A DNA stretch of 64,000 nucleotides, from assembly GCF_009914755.1 (NCBI RefSeq), contig NC_060930.1; one strand, given 5' to 3'. Below the pieces are notes generated by a model, which saw only the letters and a list, made by a program, of their open reading frames with translations, was not told the origin of the DNA and ran no database searches. The position numbers were made by a program, and so were the translations under genes. How positions within the stretch are numbered: position 1 is the first letter of the stretch; every line of letters begins with the position of its first letter. This DNA is from the human T2T-CHM13v2.0 reference genome, Homo sapiens. Positions 45,355 to 59,137 of the stretch are shown here, piece after piece.

Positions 45355-47250
45355 TATATATGTATCATATATATATATCATATATCATATATAATATATA
45401 TATATATATAATATATAATATATATATAATACTTTAAGTTCTGGGGTACATGTGCAGAACGTGCAGGTTTGTTACATAGGTATACATGTGCCATGGTGGT
45501 TTGCTGCACCCATCAACCCATCATCTACATTAGGTACTTCTCCTAAGGCTATCCCTCCCCCACACCCATACTTTCCAACAGGCACCAGTGTGTGATGACC
45601 GCCCCCCAACCCCTCTGTCCATGTGTTCTCATTGTTCAACTCTCACTTATGAGTGAAAACATGTGGTGTTTGGTTTTCTGTTTCTGTGTTAGTATGCTGA
45701 GACTGATAGTTTCCAGCTTCATCTATATCCCTGCAAAGGACATGAGCTCATCCTTCCTTACAGCTGCATAGTATTCCATGGTGTATATGTGCCACATTTT
45801 CTTGATGAGGTTGTTTGTTTTTTTCTTGTAAATTTGTTTAAGTTCTTTGTAAATTCTGGATATTAGTCCTTTGTCAGATGGCTATATTGCAACAATTTTC
45901 TCCCATTCTACAGGTTGCTGTTGACTCTGATGATAGTTTCTTTTGCTGTGAAGAAGCTCTTTAGTTTAATTAGATCCCATTTGTTAATTTTGGCTTTTAT
46001 TGCCATTGTTTTTGGTGTTTTAGTCATGAAGTCTTTGCCTATGCCTACGTCCTGAATGGTATTGCCTAGGTTTTCTTCTAGGGTTTTTATGGTTTTAGGT
46101 CTTGTGTTTAAGTCTTTAATACATCTTGAGTTAATTTTTGTATAAGGTGTGAGGAAGGGATCCAGTTTCAGTTTTGTGCATATGGCTAGCCAGTTTTCCC
46201 AACACCATTTATTAAATAGGGAATCCCTCCCCCATTGCTTGTTTTTGTCGAGTTTGTCAAAGATCAGATGGTTGTAGATGTGTGGTGTTATTTCTGAGAC
46301 CTCTGTTCTCTTCCATTGGTCTATATATCTGTTTTTGTACTAGTACCATGCTGTTTTGGTTACTGTAGCCTTGTAGTATAGTTTGAAGTCAGGTAGCATG
46401 ATGCCTCCAGCTTTGTTCTTTTTGCTTAGGGTTGTCTGGGCTATGCGGGCCCTTTTTTGGTTCCATATGAAATTTAAAGTGTTTTTTTTCCAATTCTGTG
46501 AAGAAAGTCAATGGTGGCTTGATGGGGATAGCATTGAATCTATAAATTATTTTGGGCAGTATGGCCATTTTCACGATATTGATTCTTCCTATCCATGAGC
46601 ATGGAATGTTTTTCCATTTGTTTATGTCCTCTTTTATTTCCTTAAGCAGTGGTTTGTAGTTCTCCTTGAAGAGGTCCTTCACAACCCTTGTAAGTTGTAT
46701 TCCTAGGTATTTCATTCTTTTTATAGCAATCGTAAATGGGAGTTCACTCATGATTTGGCTCTCTGTCTGTCTGTTATTGTTGTATAGGAATGCTTGTGAT
46801 TTTTGCATATTGATTTTGTATCCTAAGACTTTGCTGAGGTTGCTTATCAGCTTAAGAAGATTTTGGGCTGAGATGATGGGGTTTTCTAAATATACAATCG
46901 TCATCTGCAAACAGAGACAATTTGATTTCATATTTTCCTAACTGAATACCCTTTATTTCTTTTTCTAGCCTGATTGCCCTGGCCAGAACTTCCAATACTA
47001 TGTTGAATAGAAGTGGTGAGAGAGGGCATCCTTGTCTTGTGCCAGTGTTCAAAGGGAATGCTTTGAACAGAGTTTTTGCCCATCACTATGATATTGGCTG
47101 TGGGTTTGTCATAAATAGCTCTCATTATTTTGAGATATGTGTCATCAATACCTAGTTTATTGAAAGTTTTTAGCATGAAGGGCTGTTGAATTTTGTTGAA
47201 GGCCTTTTCTGCATCTATTGAGATAATCATGTGGTTTTTGTCATTGGTTC
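45355..47250 (-). mobile_element. 5'-truncated L1PA7/8-like element with an internal deletion and AT-repeat tail
   Basis: ORF2 fragments 46389-46931 and 46852-47052; L1PA 3' end tactttaagttctggggtacatgtgcag; exact 12-bp TSD tgcccactgata at 45343-45354 and 47251-47262. Confidence 0.96.
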
Positions 47251-47491
47251 TGCCCACTGATACTAAAATGGATAAATAAATCATGGTGTTATATATTTTC
47301 GCAGCAAAACACACAACAGTGAAAATGAATGAACTATAGCTATATGAATGAGTCTCAACAACATATCACGAAATGAAAAAGCAAATCATAAAGGATATAT
47401 GCAAATTCATTCATGTATACAAAGTCAAAAGTAAGAAAAAACACCTAAGTGTTTAGGATCAACAAGGAATGTTGGGGGAGGTATGGGATAG

Positions 47492-47835
<344 letters not shown>

Positions 47836-48810
47836 AAAATTAACTAATTTTAAAATGTAATTTATATTTCATCATTCCAAACTTAGAGTCCTGAGTTAAA
47901 ATAAAATTGCAGTTCATTGGCTGTAAACATTTTGTTTGTTTTACAAAATATTTCCTGATCCAAACAAGCAAGTAAGCATGAAATGTCATTTAAAACAATC
48001 TGATTTGCATTATTAGACAAAATATATCCCTTTTATCTATAGTTTTCTTTATAACTAATCTTTTTCATTATAACTTTGTTTATAATTTGAGACTTAATTT
48101 TTAATAATTTGTTTAAAATTTTTCTTCCTATATTTTGAATAAGAAAAATAATTTTTAATCTTGTGCATTGAGTGATTTCAATGTATAGATACATATACAT
48201 CTATGTAACAATTTTAAAAAGGGTATAACTTTTGTTTAAAATTCACCTTTATAACTATATGTAAAAGTTTAACACATTTGTTCACAACTAACATTATTTT
48301 TAGCTTAATTTAATTTTAATTTCTACTCTTGAATATTTTATTACTTTTATGAGACACTTTAGAGGTTGGATTATTTTCAATTAATTGGGTAAATCTATTA
48401 AAATTTGTAATTAGTTTTAATACTCAGATAAGTTTATTTTCCAACAATGACATTTTTAATCTTCTGTATTCAAACATGTAATAAATGAGCATAATATAAA
48501 ATGCCCAAAGTGCAAATTGATTTATTAAGTATAAAATTAACAGAGCAGCTATCTTTTAAAATAAGTTTTTAAACCTGTAAGATAATTATTTTTTAATTAT
48601 TATTAATCAAATAAAAATATACGGACCCATGCTTAGAACCATATCCTTGTGATAATGTTTTCTCACCTCACAATAAATAAGTAAAGAAAAATAAGTCTGC
48701 TCGTATTGCTCTAATAAACTAATATGTTTTAATTTTATATTTGATCCAGGATGGGAAGAAAGTTTGCAGTGTTCTCAATATTTGAATACATTTATTTTAC
48801 ATTTCTATAA

Positions 48811-49119
<309 letters not shown>

Positions 49120-49430
49120 AAAATATCAGTTTAATACTCTGTAACTGATTACAATTTTGCAATGTGCTAAAAGCATACTATAGCATGAAATATTACCATT
49201 TTAGTTTACATACGATTTCCTTTTTACATTTGTAAGACATAGGCCATTTGCAATGCAGTGTCTTTGTTGTATTTCTTTTTTTTTTTGAATGTTTTTATGA
49301 TGAAAAGCAGTGATCATTGTGCTCTCTATTTTCCATTACTAGACAGGTAATTTTACTCCTGTGTTAAAGCATTATGCCTTTTCCAGAAGTGTTGAAAAAC
49401 TGTCATGTTGTACATGCATTTCATACTTAC

Positions 49431-49515
49431 CGAGTCTGGCATTTGGAAACTTGAGAAAATCCTGCAAGTGAGGCTATTATCAAACACAGAATTCTCTATA
49501 GAAACGAACTGAGAT
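49431..49515 (-). other. Candidate spliced exon (85 nt; an alternative acceptor gives 31 nt)
   Basis: Minus strand ttcttcctttcacttgtcccag|ATCTC...GACTCG|gtaagt in non-repeat sequence. Confidence 0.35.
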
Positions 49516-50775
49516 CTGGGACAAGTGAAAGGAAGAATACTACTGTATGGAAATTAAAATAGTCTCTGCAACACTCAACAATGAAAAAGCTCAAATTCCA
49601 CTCCAAGGCAGAGATATCACAAATGGCTTCTGGCTCACAAAGAAAATCAACCCAGGAAGATGTGCTGATTTACACTGCTGATATGCCTGAAAAATGGGCA
49701 TAGGAAGAATATAGCTTTCAAAACACAGAAAGGCGGGTGAATAATTAGATTTGTACTAGGAGATACATAATGCAGAAAGAGTCCTTCAGAATGAGTACCA
49801 TACAAAAGGGATGCAGGACTGGAGTGAGGACCAGGGCGGACGCTCTGCCTGTGTCTCAACCTGAGAGCTGCTCCAAGAAGCGTCCAGCGAAAATGATGGT
49901 TTAAGAAGAATTCATTAAGGTCCATAATGGGTACCCAGAGGTGATCATAAACTTGCAAAGAAAGTCTGTCACTTAGTGCTGTCTTATTACAGTCTCTGCA
50001 CTAGGTGTTACATAATTTCCCATTTCTCTAACAGATGGAAAAAGCACACTTTGATGTACCTTTTATTAATTTCACTGGCTTTTGAATTGTCTGAACTGTG
50101 GAGACCTACTACAATGCACCAGCCTGTTCATTACAGCTCTTGTCTACTCAGTTTTTGGAGAATGAATGAAATAGCCTAGAAATTGAAATATGAACTGTAG
50201 TTAAGTCCATGAGGATGGTTTGTCTGCATCAATAAATGTGCAGGGACACATATGCAGTGTGCTGCGATTCCAGGGAAGGATGAAATTGGGTACACTCCTA
50301 CATTTTTTGAAGGCACACATCCATCCCTATCCTAAACAGCCTATAATGACATTTATATCACCCTTTACGTCACTCCTTTTTCTTTTCTTTTTCCTTCTTT
50401 GATAAAGGTGGAAGGGTGAGAGGTGATGGGAAGCAGAGTGAGTGAAGATTGTCAACATTTTCTACACAGCCTCTCTCTCTCTCTGTCATGCATACAAATA
50501 AACACACACAAACTGTCATGAGTAGATCAAAACCCAAGGCCCTGACCTCGACTTAAAATCCAGGGCAAAGATTAAGAAGTGCCCACACTTTAGGAAAGTG
50601 AAGTTAAGTCCCACATCCATGGACCATGTCCTCATAGCATGATAAAGACAAATCTGTACTTTCTGACTTGGTTCAAGTCCTAGCTCCACCAGCTCTTTGG
50701 CCTTAGATAAATTGCTTAATCTCACTAAGCCTTACTTTCCTCGTGTACAAATGACTGACTAGCCAACATCCACTG

Positions 50776-50996
50776 CAGGGTCTCTCAGCCTCAGCACTGT
50801 TCATATTTGGGGCCTGATAATTCTTTGTCATGGAGCTGTCCTATGCATTGTAGGATATTTAGCCATACCCCCTGGCTTCTACCCACTAGATGCCCAGTAA
50901 CATCCCCTCCCATCCCCAGTGTGACATCGAAAAATATCTTCAGACATTGCAAAATGTATCCTGGGTGACAACATTGCTTCTGGTTGAGAACCACTT
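50776..50996 (-). mobile_element. MER20 (hAT-Charlie)
   Basis: ctcagcctcagcactgtt...gataattctttg...ctacccactagatgcc...cagacattgc...ggttgagaaccact. Confidence 0.92.
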
Positions 50997-51009
50997 TTCT
51001 ATTATTTTG

Positions 51010-51225
51010 ATAAGTGCCAAGAGATTTTCTAAAATCTCTTTGACTGTTAATTGTATCAATTCTTTCCAACATAGAGATGGGTACTATCATTATCTGCATT
51101 TCACAGAGGCAGACACCGAAGCACAGTAAAATTAAGTACCTTCCTGGAGATTACATGGATTTAGGAGGCTGAGCTTGGACAGCAAACCAGACATCAGGCT
51201 CCATGTGAGTACTTTTTACCTCTAT
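51010..51225 (-). mobile_element. MIR
   Basis: gggtactatcattatctgcatttcacagaggcagacaccgaagcacag...ttaagtacc. Confidence 0.75.
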
Positions 51226-51578
51226 AGTCTGAAATGATCAAAGCACCAGGCTCATATAACTGACTTGAGTATTCAATGACTCAGCGACTGTAGAGGCTAC
51301 CACTACTGTTGCTGTTGTCACTATCAAAAGCACAGCTTATCCCTTCTGCAAGTCAAGGCTTTATCTATGAATCTCAGGGACAGCTGCTGCCCTGCCACAC
51401 CCCCAGTCTGTGCCTCAGGAGAAGGGAGGAGGCAGCATTTCTGTTGGACTTCCCTCTTCATCTGCTGATTCCCACTTCGGTTCAGTCCTCCATCTCATTT
51501 CCATCACTATTTGATTCAAAGGTTCAGGGGAATCACAAGAAACTTCACATTCAGAAAGAGGGGTACTCAATATAGAAC

Positions 51579-51756
51579 CAGTGCTTCCCAAACTTGGCTG
51601 CACTTGGGAGCCTCAGGAGCTCGACAATACTGACTGGTGCTCAGAACCCTAACCTAGAGATTCTGCTTTAACTAGATTATAGTGAGGCCTGGGTATGGGG
51701 ATTTTAAAAAGCCTCCCAGGTTGTTCTAACATGCAGCCCAATGTTTTGAGCCATTG
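51579..51756. mobile_element. MER5A-like (hAT-Charlie)
   Basis: cagtgcttcccaaacttggctgcac...agagattctg...ggcctggg...ctcccaggttgttctaacatgcagcc...gagccattg. Confidence 0.85.
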
Positions 51757-52458
51757 ACCTGAGATATCTTTTCTGTACTAATCTATTTTCAGTCCATGTG
51801 ATTTTAATATCATTTACTGATTAAATTAAAGTGCTGTTTTATGTCACCAGGTGGTAACTAACTTGCAATTTACTTCATAAGCTATAATCACTTCATAATG
51901 GAAAGTGTGCAGAAAAAAATGAATGCAGGAGAGAAGAATTTAGTTTAGATTTGCTGTTTTCATGAATGCTGCCCAGAGGGTAATCCAATTACAGATGAAT
52001 AGCCCTTGTTCTCTGGACAGAAACTCAGTGACAGTAGACAGGGGAGTTTATCAGGCTAAAAAAATAAATAAATAAAATAGAGTCTTTAAAGTCTAAAAAT
52101 AAGTGATTGGCTAAATAAAGCTTATGTTATGAAATGGTGTGCTTCCTTCCATAAAGGTCATTGTTCTGAAATATATATATATACTAACACAGAAAAATGA
52201 TCACAATATGTTATCCAATGAAAAAATTGGGTTACAAAATTGTGTATACATGACCACCTGTTTCTTTGTACAACAAAAATAAATATTCATAGGATGTATT
52301 TAGAAGGTTGTTCTCCAAAATGTTAACAGTAGTTGTTACTGGATGATGAGATTGAAAGTCATTTTTCTCCTTTCTGTCTCTTGATATCTTACAAATTTTC
52401 TGCAATACTTGTGTAACACAAATATATAAAAAGAAATGTCAAGAAATTCAACTCTCCT

Positions 52459-52635
52459 AGCCAGGCATGGTGGCATGTGCCTGTAATCCCAGCTACTCAG
52501 GAGGCTGAGGCAGGAAGATTGCTTAAGCTCAAGAGTTGGAGGTTGTAGTGTGCCATGATCATGCCTGTGAATAGCCACTACATTCCAGCCTGGACAACAT
52601 AATGAGATCCTATCTCTAAAAAGAAAAAAAGAAAA
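52459..52635 (+). mobile_element. FAM (fossil Alu monomer)
   Basis: Monomer with gcctgtgaatagccactac; A tail; TSD aagaaattcaactctc/aagaaatccaactctc. Confidence 0.9.
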
Positions 52636-52673
52636 AAGAAATCCAACTCTCTTTGTTCTAATCTCATATTTAG

Positions 52674-52767
52674 GGAAGCATTCTTCTAGTCTATAATCTG
52701 GCAGATTTAGCGGACCTATCCCAAAATGAAAAGGTTATTCTAGCTGGCTTTAGGCATCTAGTCTCAG
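52674..52767 (+). other. Candidate spliced exon (94 nt)
   Basis: ctctctttgttctaatctcatatttag|GGAAG...TCTCAG|gtaagt; branch-like CTAAT and a consensus donor. Confidence 0.3.
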
Positions 52768-53619
52768 GTAAGTTAAAACCACTAGTATAGTTTTTAAAGT
52801 AAATTTTTGCTGCAGCCAAGGTCAGGCCTGCAAAAGTCAGTGGACCAGGGTCTAATTCCCCACGCTCCATGGTGGGGCCTCCCTGGGAAGCTACCCTGAA
52901 ACAGCCATATGGCCTTACCCTGTCTCCTCACACACAAAACCATATGCATGGGATTTTGTGTGTATGCTTTCATTTGGAGATCTTGCCTCAGCCACTCTTC
53001 TTCTAGGTGGGCCATTTAAATATTCAGACAATTTCATTATGAGGTCAATTTTGAGCTGGACCTAGGATTTGCATTCCTGTTTGAGAAAATAGTAAAAGCA
53101 GCTGAAGACATGTTGCTGAAAGCATATGGAGACAATAAAAATATAGAAATCTAACTCTTGTATTCAGTCTTTTATTTTGAAAGCAAATGCCTAATAAAAT
53201 CATATCACCAACACAGAGCTTTGTATGTGATAAATATTTGATGAATGAGTAAATGAATGAGCCAACAAGCAAATATAAACAAAAGCCATCCATGTAGAAG
53301 GAAAATGAATTTTACCTAGTGTGGGGTAGGTCCCTCAGTGAGCCAACCTTATCTTTTTTTTGCACTTTCAGATTCAGACTTTTTCACAGATGAGTGACAC
53401 ATAGTTCCTGTGGTTAGAAGCAATTCACAGACTTCTAGTGCCAGAGTTCATACGATAAGCCAGGTGAAAATATCTTCCGAATGGAAAGAAAATTAAGAAA
53501 AACCCTTTCTTTACAATATCTACTTTTGTGTGATTGTTATATCCTTTTCAGAAGCCATTTTTTTTTGGTCTGATACATATACCATGCCTAATTCTACAAT
53601 AATAGCTTAGTCATCACAT

Positions 53620-53950
53620 TCAGGAATTAGAAATATCTTCGGGAAATCATTTAGTTCATCCCTAAACCCCTACCACACTGCCCCTCCACTCCTGTTTCTA
53701 TAAAGAAAAACACCTAACCTCTTATAAACACAGGATTCTGATTGCATCATAAAGGCCTCCAAGGAAAGCGATCCTATCACTTTTCTTAGTAACATTTTCC
53801 AAGGTTTTATTTATCAAAGTGAAATTAAGAAATTATTAATTTGATCCCAGGTATCAGTGTTTATAATCATCACAATACATTATCATTCTATTGATAAACT
53901 AAAAATAATTTCCTTAATGTATTCTTTCTAATCTGAGTCAAATCTAAAAT
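53620..53950 (-). mobile_element. L3/CR1-like relic
   Basis: aggcctccaaggaaagcgatcctatcacttttcttagtaacattttccaaggtttta resembles the CR1 3' end. Confidence 0.4.
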
Positions 53951-55204
53951 TAATCATCTATAATTATCAAACCTAATTTAATTAAAACTAGCTGTTCACC
54001 ATCTGGTCTTATTTGTATAAATTTAAGAATCTACCATTTCATAAGAAATTCCTCTATTTAACCAATTATGTTAAGCATCATTACTATGTAATTAATCTCA
54101 GTTCAAATTACATTTGTTGTCACTTGACAGAAAAGTAATTTATGTGATAAAAAAGCAGTTGACCAACTAATTATTCTGCCAATTGGGGTCTTTTATCTCA
54201 ATGTTTCACCTTTTTTTTTTTTTAAAAAAAAAAGGTATTTTGTAAGAAAACATTCTTTTTGAAATATGAAATTAGCTTTTATCATTGCAAAGTAAACATA
54301 AGAAATTATATTTGGAATGAATCATCATTATGTTTTGCAGTTTCAAGACCTTTATCTAGATAAATTAGTAAACAAGGAAATAAATTAATGGTAAAAACAG
54401 GCCATAAATTTAAAACCAAATGCACTAAGTGAAGAAAATTCATAGGGAAGTAGGAATTAGGTAAGAATGTATGTATTCCCAAAAGCAGCTTTCTGTAGTA
54501 TTCTTGATTGCAAGCTACATTCAGATTTGTTTCCCTCTTTGTGATTGATAAATCTAATAGAAGAGATGAATAGTTACTGATTATGAAAAAGATACCTTTA
54601 TAAATAATTCTTATTTCTATGCATTTCTTTTTGAAGGCTTTCGGAAAATCAATGATGCTATCGTAAAGAGTCTTAAAAAATGTTGTTCAGTTGTTCTCCT
54701 TAAATCCTGTCATGTGAGATTTTGATCATCAAAGGACTGAGTGAATTTCTGAGTAAAAAGAAACAATTTTGAAGACAAGACTTCCTTGCTTGAGTAGGAG
54801 CTGGGCAGAAAATCCAGAGTATGGCAGAAAAAAATAAAACCATCTAGGATTCTTCCTCTGGCTCCAACCTTGCTCTAGATGAGTGGAGCCAAAAAGGGAA
54901 GGAGAAGAATAAGAAATGGACATATGTCCAAATCTAAGAAACACTTTGTAGGATAAAGAAAGAACTTCTTTCTACAAACAGGGCTCAGTAAGGAGTCAAG
55001 TAATATTGTGTTCCTCTATTTGTTCTGTTCTTATTCTGTGCTATAAGCTGGTGCAAGTGTACTAGGCATTCAAAAGTTGCCAAGTTTCATAGAAGTGGAG
55101 GCCATGTAACAAGAGGAGCTATTAAATATTTTTTTATCAGCCTGATTAAGAGCAAAAACATGGTGGCAAATTTTTGTAATTTTAACATTGATTTTAAGTC
55201 TTAA

Positions 55205-55466
55205 AATCATGGGCTGTGTATTAAATAATAGAATTACATCAATGTTAAATCTTCTGAATGTGATCATTGCACTGTGGTTATGTAAAAGAATACCTTGTCT
55301 TAGGAAATATACACTGATATATTTAGAGGCAAATGGGGCACAATTTTTAAAAATTGTATATGTATATATGTATATTGTATATGTATATAGTATATGTATA
55401 TATATAAATTATATATGTATGTATATATATAGCCATATATATGTATATATGGCTCTCTCTCTCTCT

Positions 55467-55514
<48 letters not shown>

Positions 55515-55612
55515 AAGTGCCAAAATGTTAGCCATTAATGAACCTGGGTGAAGGAGTTCTCTGTGCAGTTCTTAAAATTTTTCCATCATTTGAAATTATT
55601 TCTGAATAAAAC
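55205..55612 (+). mobile_element. L1MC-like 3' UTR fragment containing TA repeats
   Basis: catcaatgttaaat...gcactgtggttatgtaaaagaatacc...aggaaatatacactga...tttgaaattatttctgaataaaa. Confidence 0.75.
55469..55510. repeat. (AT)21 microsatellite
   Basis: Read directly from the sequence. Confidence 0.95.
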
Positions 55613-56056
55613 TTTAACAAATAAAGAGTATAACCTCAAGGAGTTGTCTGCATCTGAAAAACTAACAATTAGTGATCAGTGTATTGGGCTAAATCGTGTT
55701 AGATCTTCAGGTTCTGTGGTTGGAGCAGTTCTCATCTCCCTTTCTCCTAGCCAACCTCACGTCCCAGCCCCACTCCATAGAGTGTGGAGAGCTTCTTAAC
55801 ACGCCTGATGAAACAGAACTCTAACCGGGAAAGTATAAGCTATGAGAAAATTTGATGCAAAGAACACAACAGCTGATGCTCTGTCCCTAATGGGAGCAGA
55901 AAATGTTCAGTTTTTTTCTCTGAACACGCATCTCTGCAGTGAAACACAGACCCCCACTTTTCCACCAGCTTCCGTGAAAACCAGATGGCATCTCTCGGAT
56001 AGAATACTCATGACTACAAAGGTGGCATGTGGGTCAGCGCCAAGATGATCACTTAC

Positions 56057-56217
56057 ACGGCAGCTGCAGATGGTGGTCCACCACATCCTGAGGCAGGAAT
56101 AATGAGAACAACATCCACTTCATCATCATCTGAATATCCAAACAAACACCAGGGGAAAGTTAATGAACACAGCAACGGGGCATGTCCCAGGAGGGGAGAG
56201 GGGGTAGACTGGCTTAC
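56057..56217 (-). other. Candidate recursive-splice (RS) exon
   Basis: Minus strand ttctcatttcatctcag|GTAAGCC...GCCGT|gtaagt. Confidence 0.35.
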
Positions 56218-56767
56218 CTGAGATGAAATGAGAACTGCAGCAAAACATATGCAAAACATTGAATTTGGCTTTTAATTGAGAATCAAGGATGATGGATCTA
56301 TAAAAAGAGAGTTGTAAACTGTAAAGCACTATAGAAAAGGGAAAAATTATTTCTGTCCGCAAAACTGAATAATGAAAACAAACGTGTTTCTTAAATGTTG
56401 CAGCAGTGGGAAGAACTTCTCTAAGATTAATAATAAAACACTTTCATCAGGACAGATGGGGTGGATTTAATGTACTGTCAGAAACTAAAATGGCAGTTTC
56501 TATAATGTATATAAGTAATGCAATGGGTAGATGCAATATTATTGAATTAGTCTTGGTAATTATAGCTGATTATCTTTAGATAGGAACTACAACATGATAA
56601 ACTAGATGAGTACCGGGACCATAGTAAATGATGTAGTTGAACATTCTCTAACTTGCCTGAAATTACATAATTACGTGCATGCTTGATTTCCAGTGTTATT
56701 TATTCACATCTTTTAATTATCAACAGGCAATTAACTTTTGCTGGGGAGAAAGAACAAAGGAATTATT

Positions 56768-56968
56768 GGGTGAATGGATGGAAGAAGGGCAGGAAGGATG
56801 AATGGCTGGGTGACCGGATGGACAGGAGGATGATGAATTGAAGGTGGTTGGGTGTTAAAGTGGATGAATGAAAGAATGGATGGGTTGATGGGTGAATAGA
56901 AGAATAGAAGTGTCTGCCATTGCTGAGATGAAAGGATGAAAAGATAGACAGATGGAAGGATGGATAGA
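56768..56968. repeat. Degenerate (GGAT)n tract
   Basis: Repeated ggatg/gaatg/gggtg units. Confidence 0.75.
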
Positions 56969-57429
56969 AAGATGCTGGGTCTGACTAACATCAGCCCAAT
57001 TAAAAGCCTTTGGATTTTAACAAAGCAAAGTTATTTAATAGAATACAGTTCTCAAATAGTCCATTGTTCCTACAATAATAAAATTGGATTGACAGTCAAC
57101 TCATTGAATCTTTGCCAGGGGAATGGCCATTGGTTTGGCAGAGGTTCTACTTTTATCTCAATAATATTTCAACTTCCATTTTCCTTCATTTTATTTCAGT
57201 TACTTAAATAATGTGTCTAATACAACATTGATATACTGCCTTTGTGGAAGTTTTATACCTGTATTTTAACTTATTTAGTTGAAGTGATCCATCTGCTTGT
57301 TTATTTGCTGTTTTTATTCAACAAACATTGAGTGTCTACTGTGCCAGTTAGTGTGATGGAGGTACGATGGTAAGCATGCAGAATCATTCCTCGCCCTCAC
57401 AGTGCACTAATCAAGTGATCATTTAAATA

Positions 57430-57889
<460 letters not shown>

Positions 57890-59137
57890 TATTTGGTGAG
57901 CTGAATTTACTTACCATATTGAAATGCTAAATTGCTTCTATTTTCTAAAGTTGTGTGTATTACTGAGGTGTATTCCATAATTTTAGGATGGTTTAGGCGT
58001 GTATTTTATTACTCATAATCATGAAGCCATCTTAAGTATTTTGGTCCATGAAAACAAATATGTTACAATCAGCTAGGTCAAGTTAATATTGTTATGGAGA
58101 ACTGAAGGGTTCCAAAATGGCCGAATAGGAACAGCTCCAGTCTACAGCTCCCAGCGTGAGTGACGCAGAAGACGGGTGAGTTCTGCATTTCCAACTGAGG
58201 TACCAGGTTCATGTCACTGGGACTTGTTAGACAATGGGTGCAGCCCACAGAGGGTGAGCTAAAGCAGGGCAGGGCATTGCCTCACCTGGGAAGCGCAAGG
58301 GGTTGGGAAATTCCCTTTCCTAGCAAAGGGAAGCTGTGACAGATTGTACCCAGAAAATCGGGACACTCCCACACTAATACTGAGTTTTCCAAGTCTTAGC
58401 AAAAGGCATACCAGGAGATTATATCCCACACCTGGCTCAGTGGGTCCCACGTCCACGGAGCCTTGCTCACCACTAGCACAGCAGTCCAAGATCTAACTGC
58501 AAGGCAGCAGCAAGGCTGGGAGAGGGGCGTCTGCCATTGCTGAGGCTTGACTAGGTAAACAAAGCAGCCAGGAAGCTCGAACTGGGTGGAGCCCATCACA
58601 GCTCAACGAGGCCTGCCTGACTCTGTAGACTCCACCTCTGGGGGCACTGCGTAGTTGAACAAAAGGCAGCAGAAACTTCTGCAGACTTAAACATCCCTGT
58701 CTGACAGCTTTGAAGAGAGTAGTGGTTCTCCCAGCATGGAGTTTGAGATCTGAGAATGGACAGACTGCCTCCTCAAGTGTGTCACTGACCCCCGAGTAGC
58801 CTAACTGGGAGACACCTCCCAGTAGGGGCTGACTGACATCTCATACAGCCGGGTGCCCCTCTGAGACAAAGCTTCCAGAGGAAGGATCAGACAGCAACAT
58901 TTGCTGTTCTGCAATATTTGCTGTTCAGCAACCTCCACTGGTGATACCTAGGCAAACAGGGTCTGGAATGGACCTCCAGCAAACTCCAACAGACCTGCAG
59001 CTGAGGGTCCTGACTGTTAGAAGGAAAACTAACAAACAGAAAGGAATAGCATCAACATCAACAAAAAGGACATCCACACCAAAACCCCATCTGTAGGTCA
59101 CCACCATCAAAGACCAAAGGTAGATAAAACCATGAAG

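Noticed and set aside
54208-54236. ACC-T13-A10-GGT hairpin
   Set aside because: Juxtaposed homopolymers; common and uninformative.
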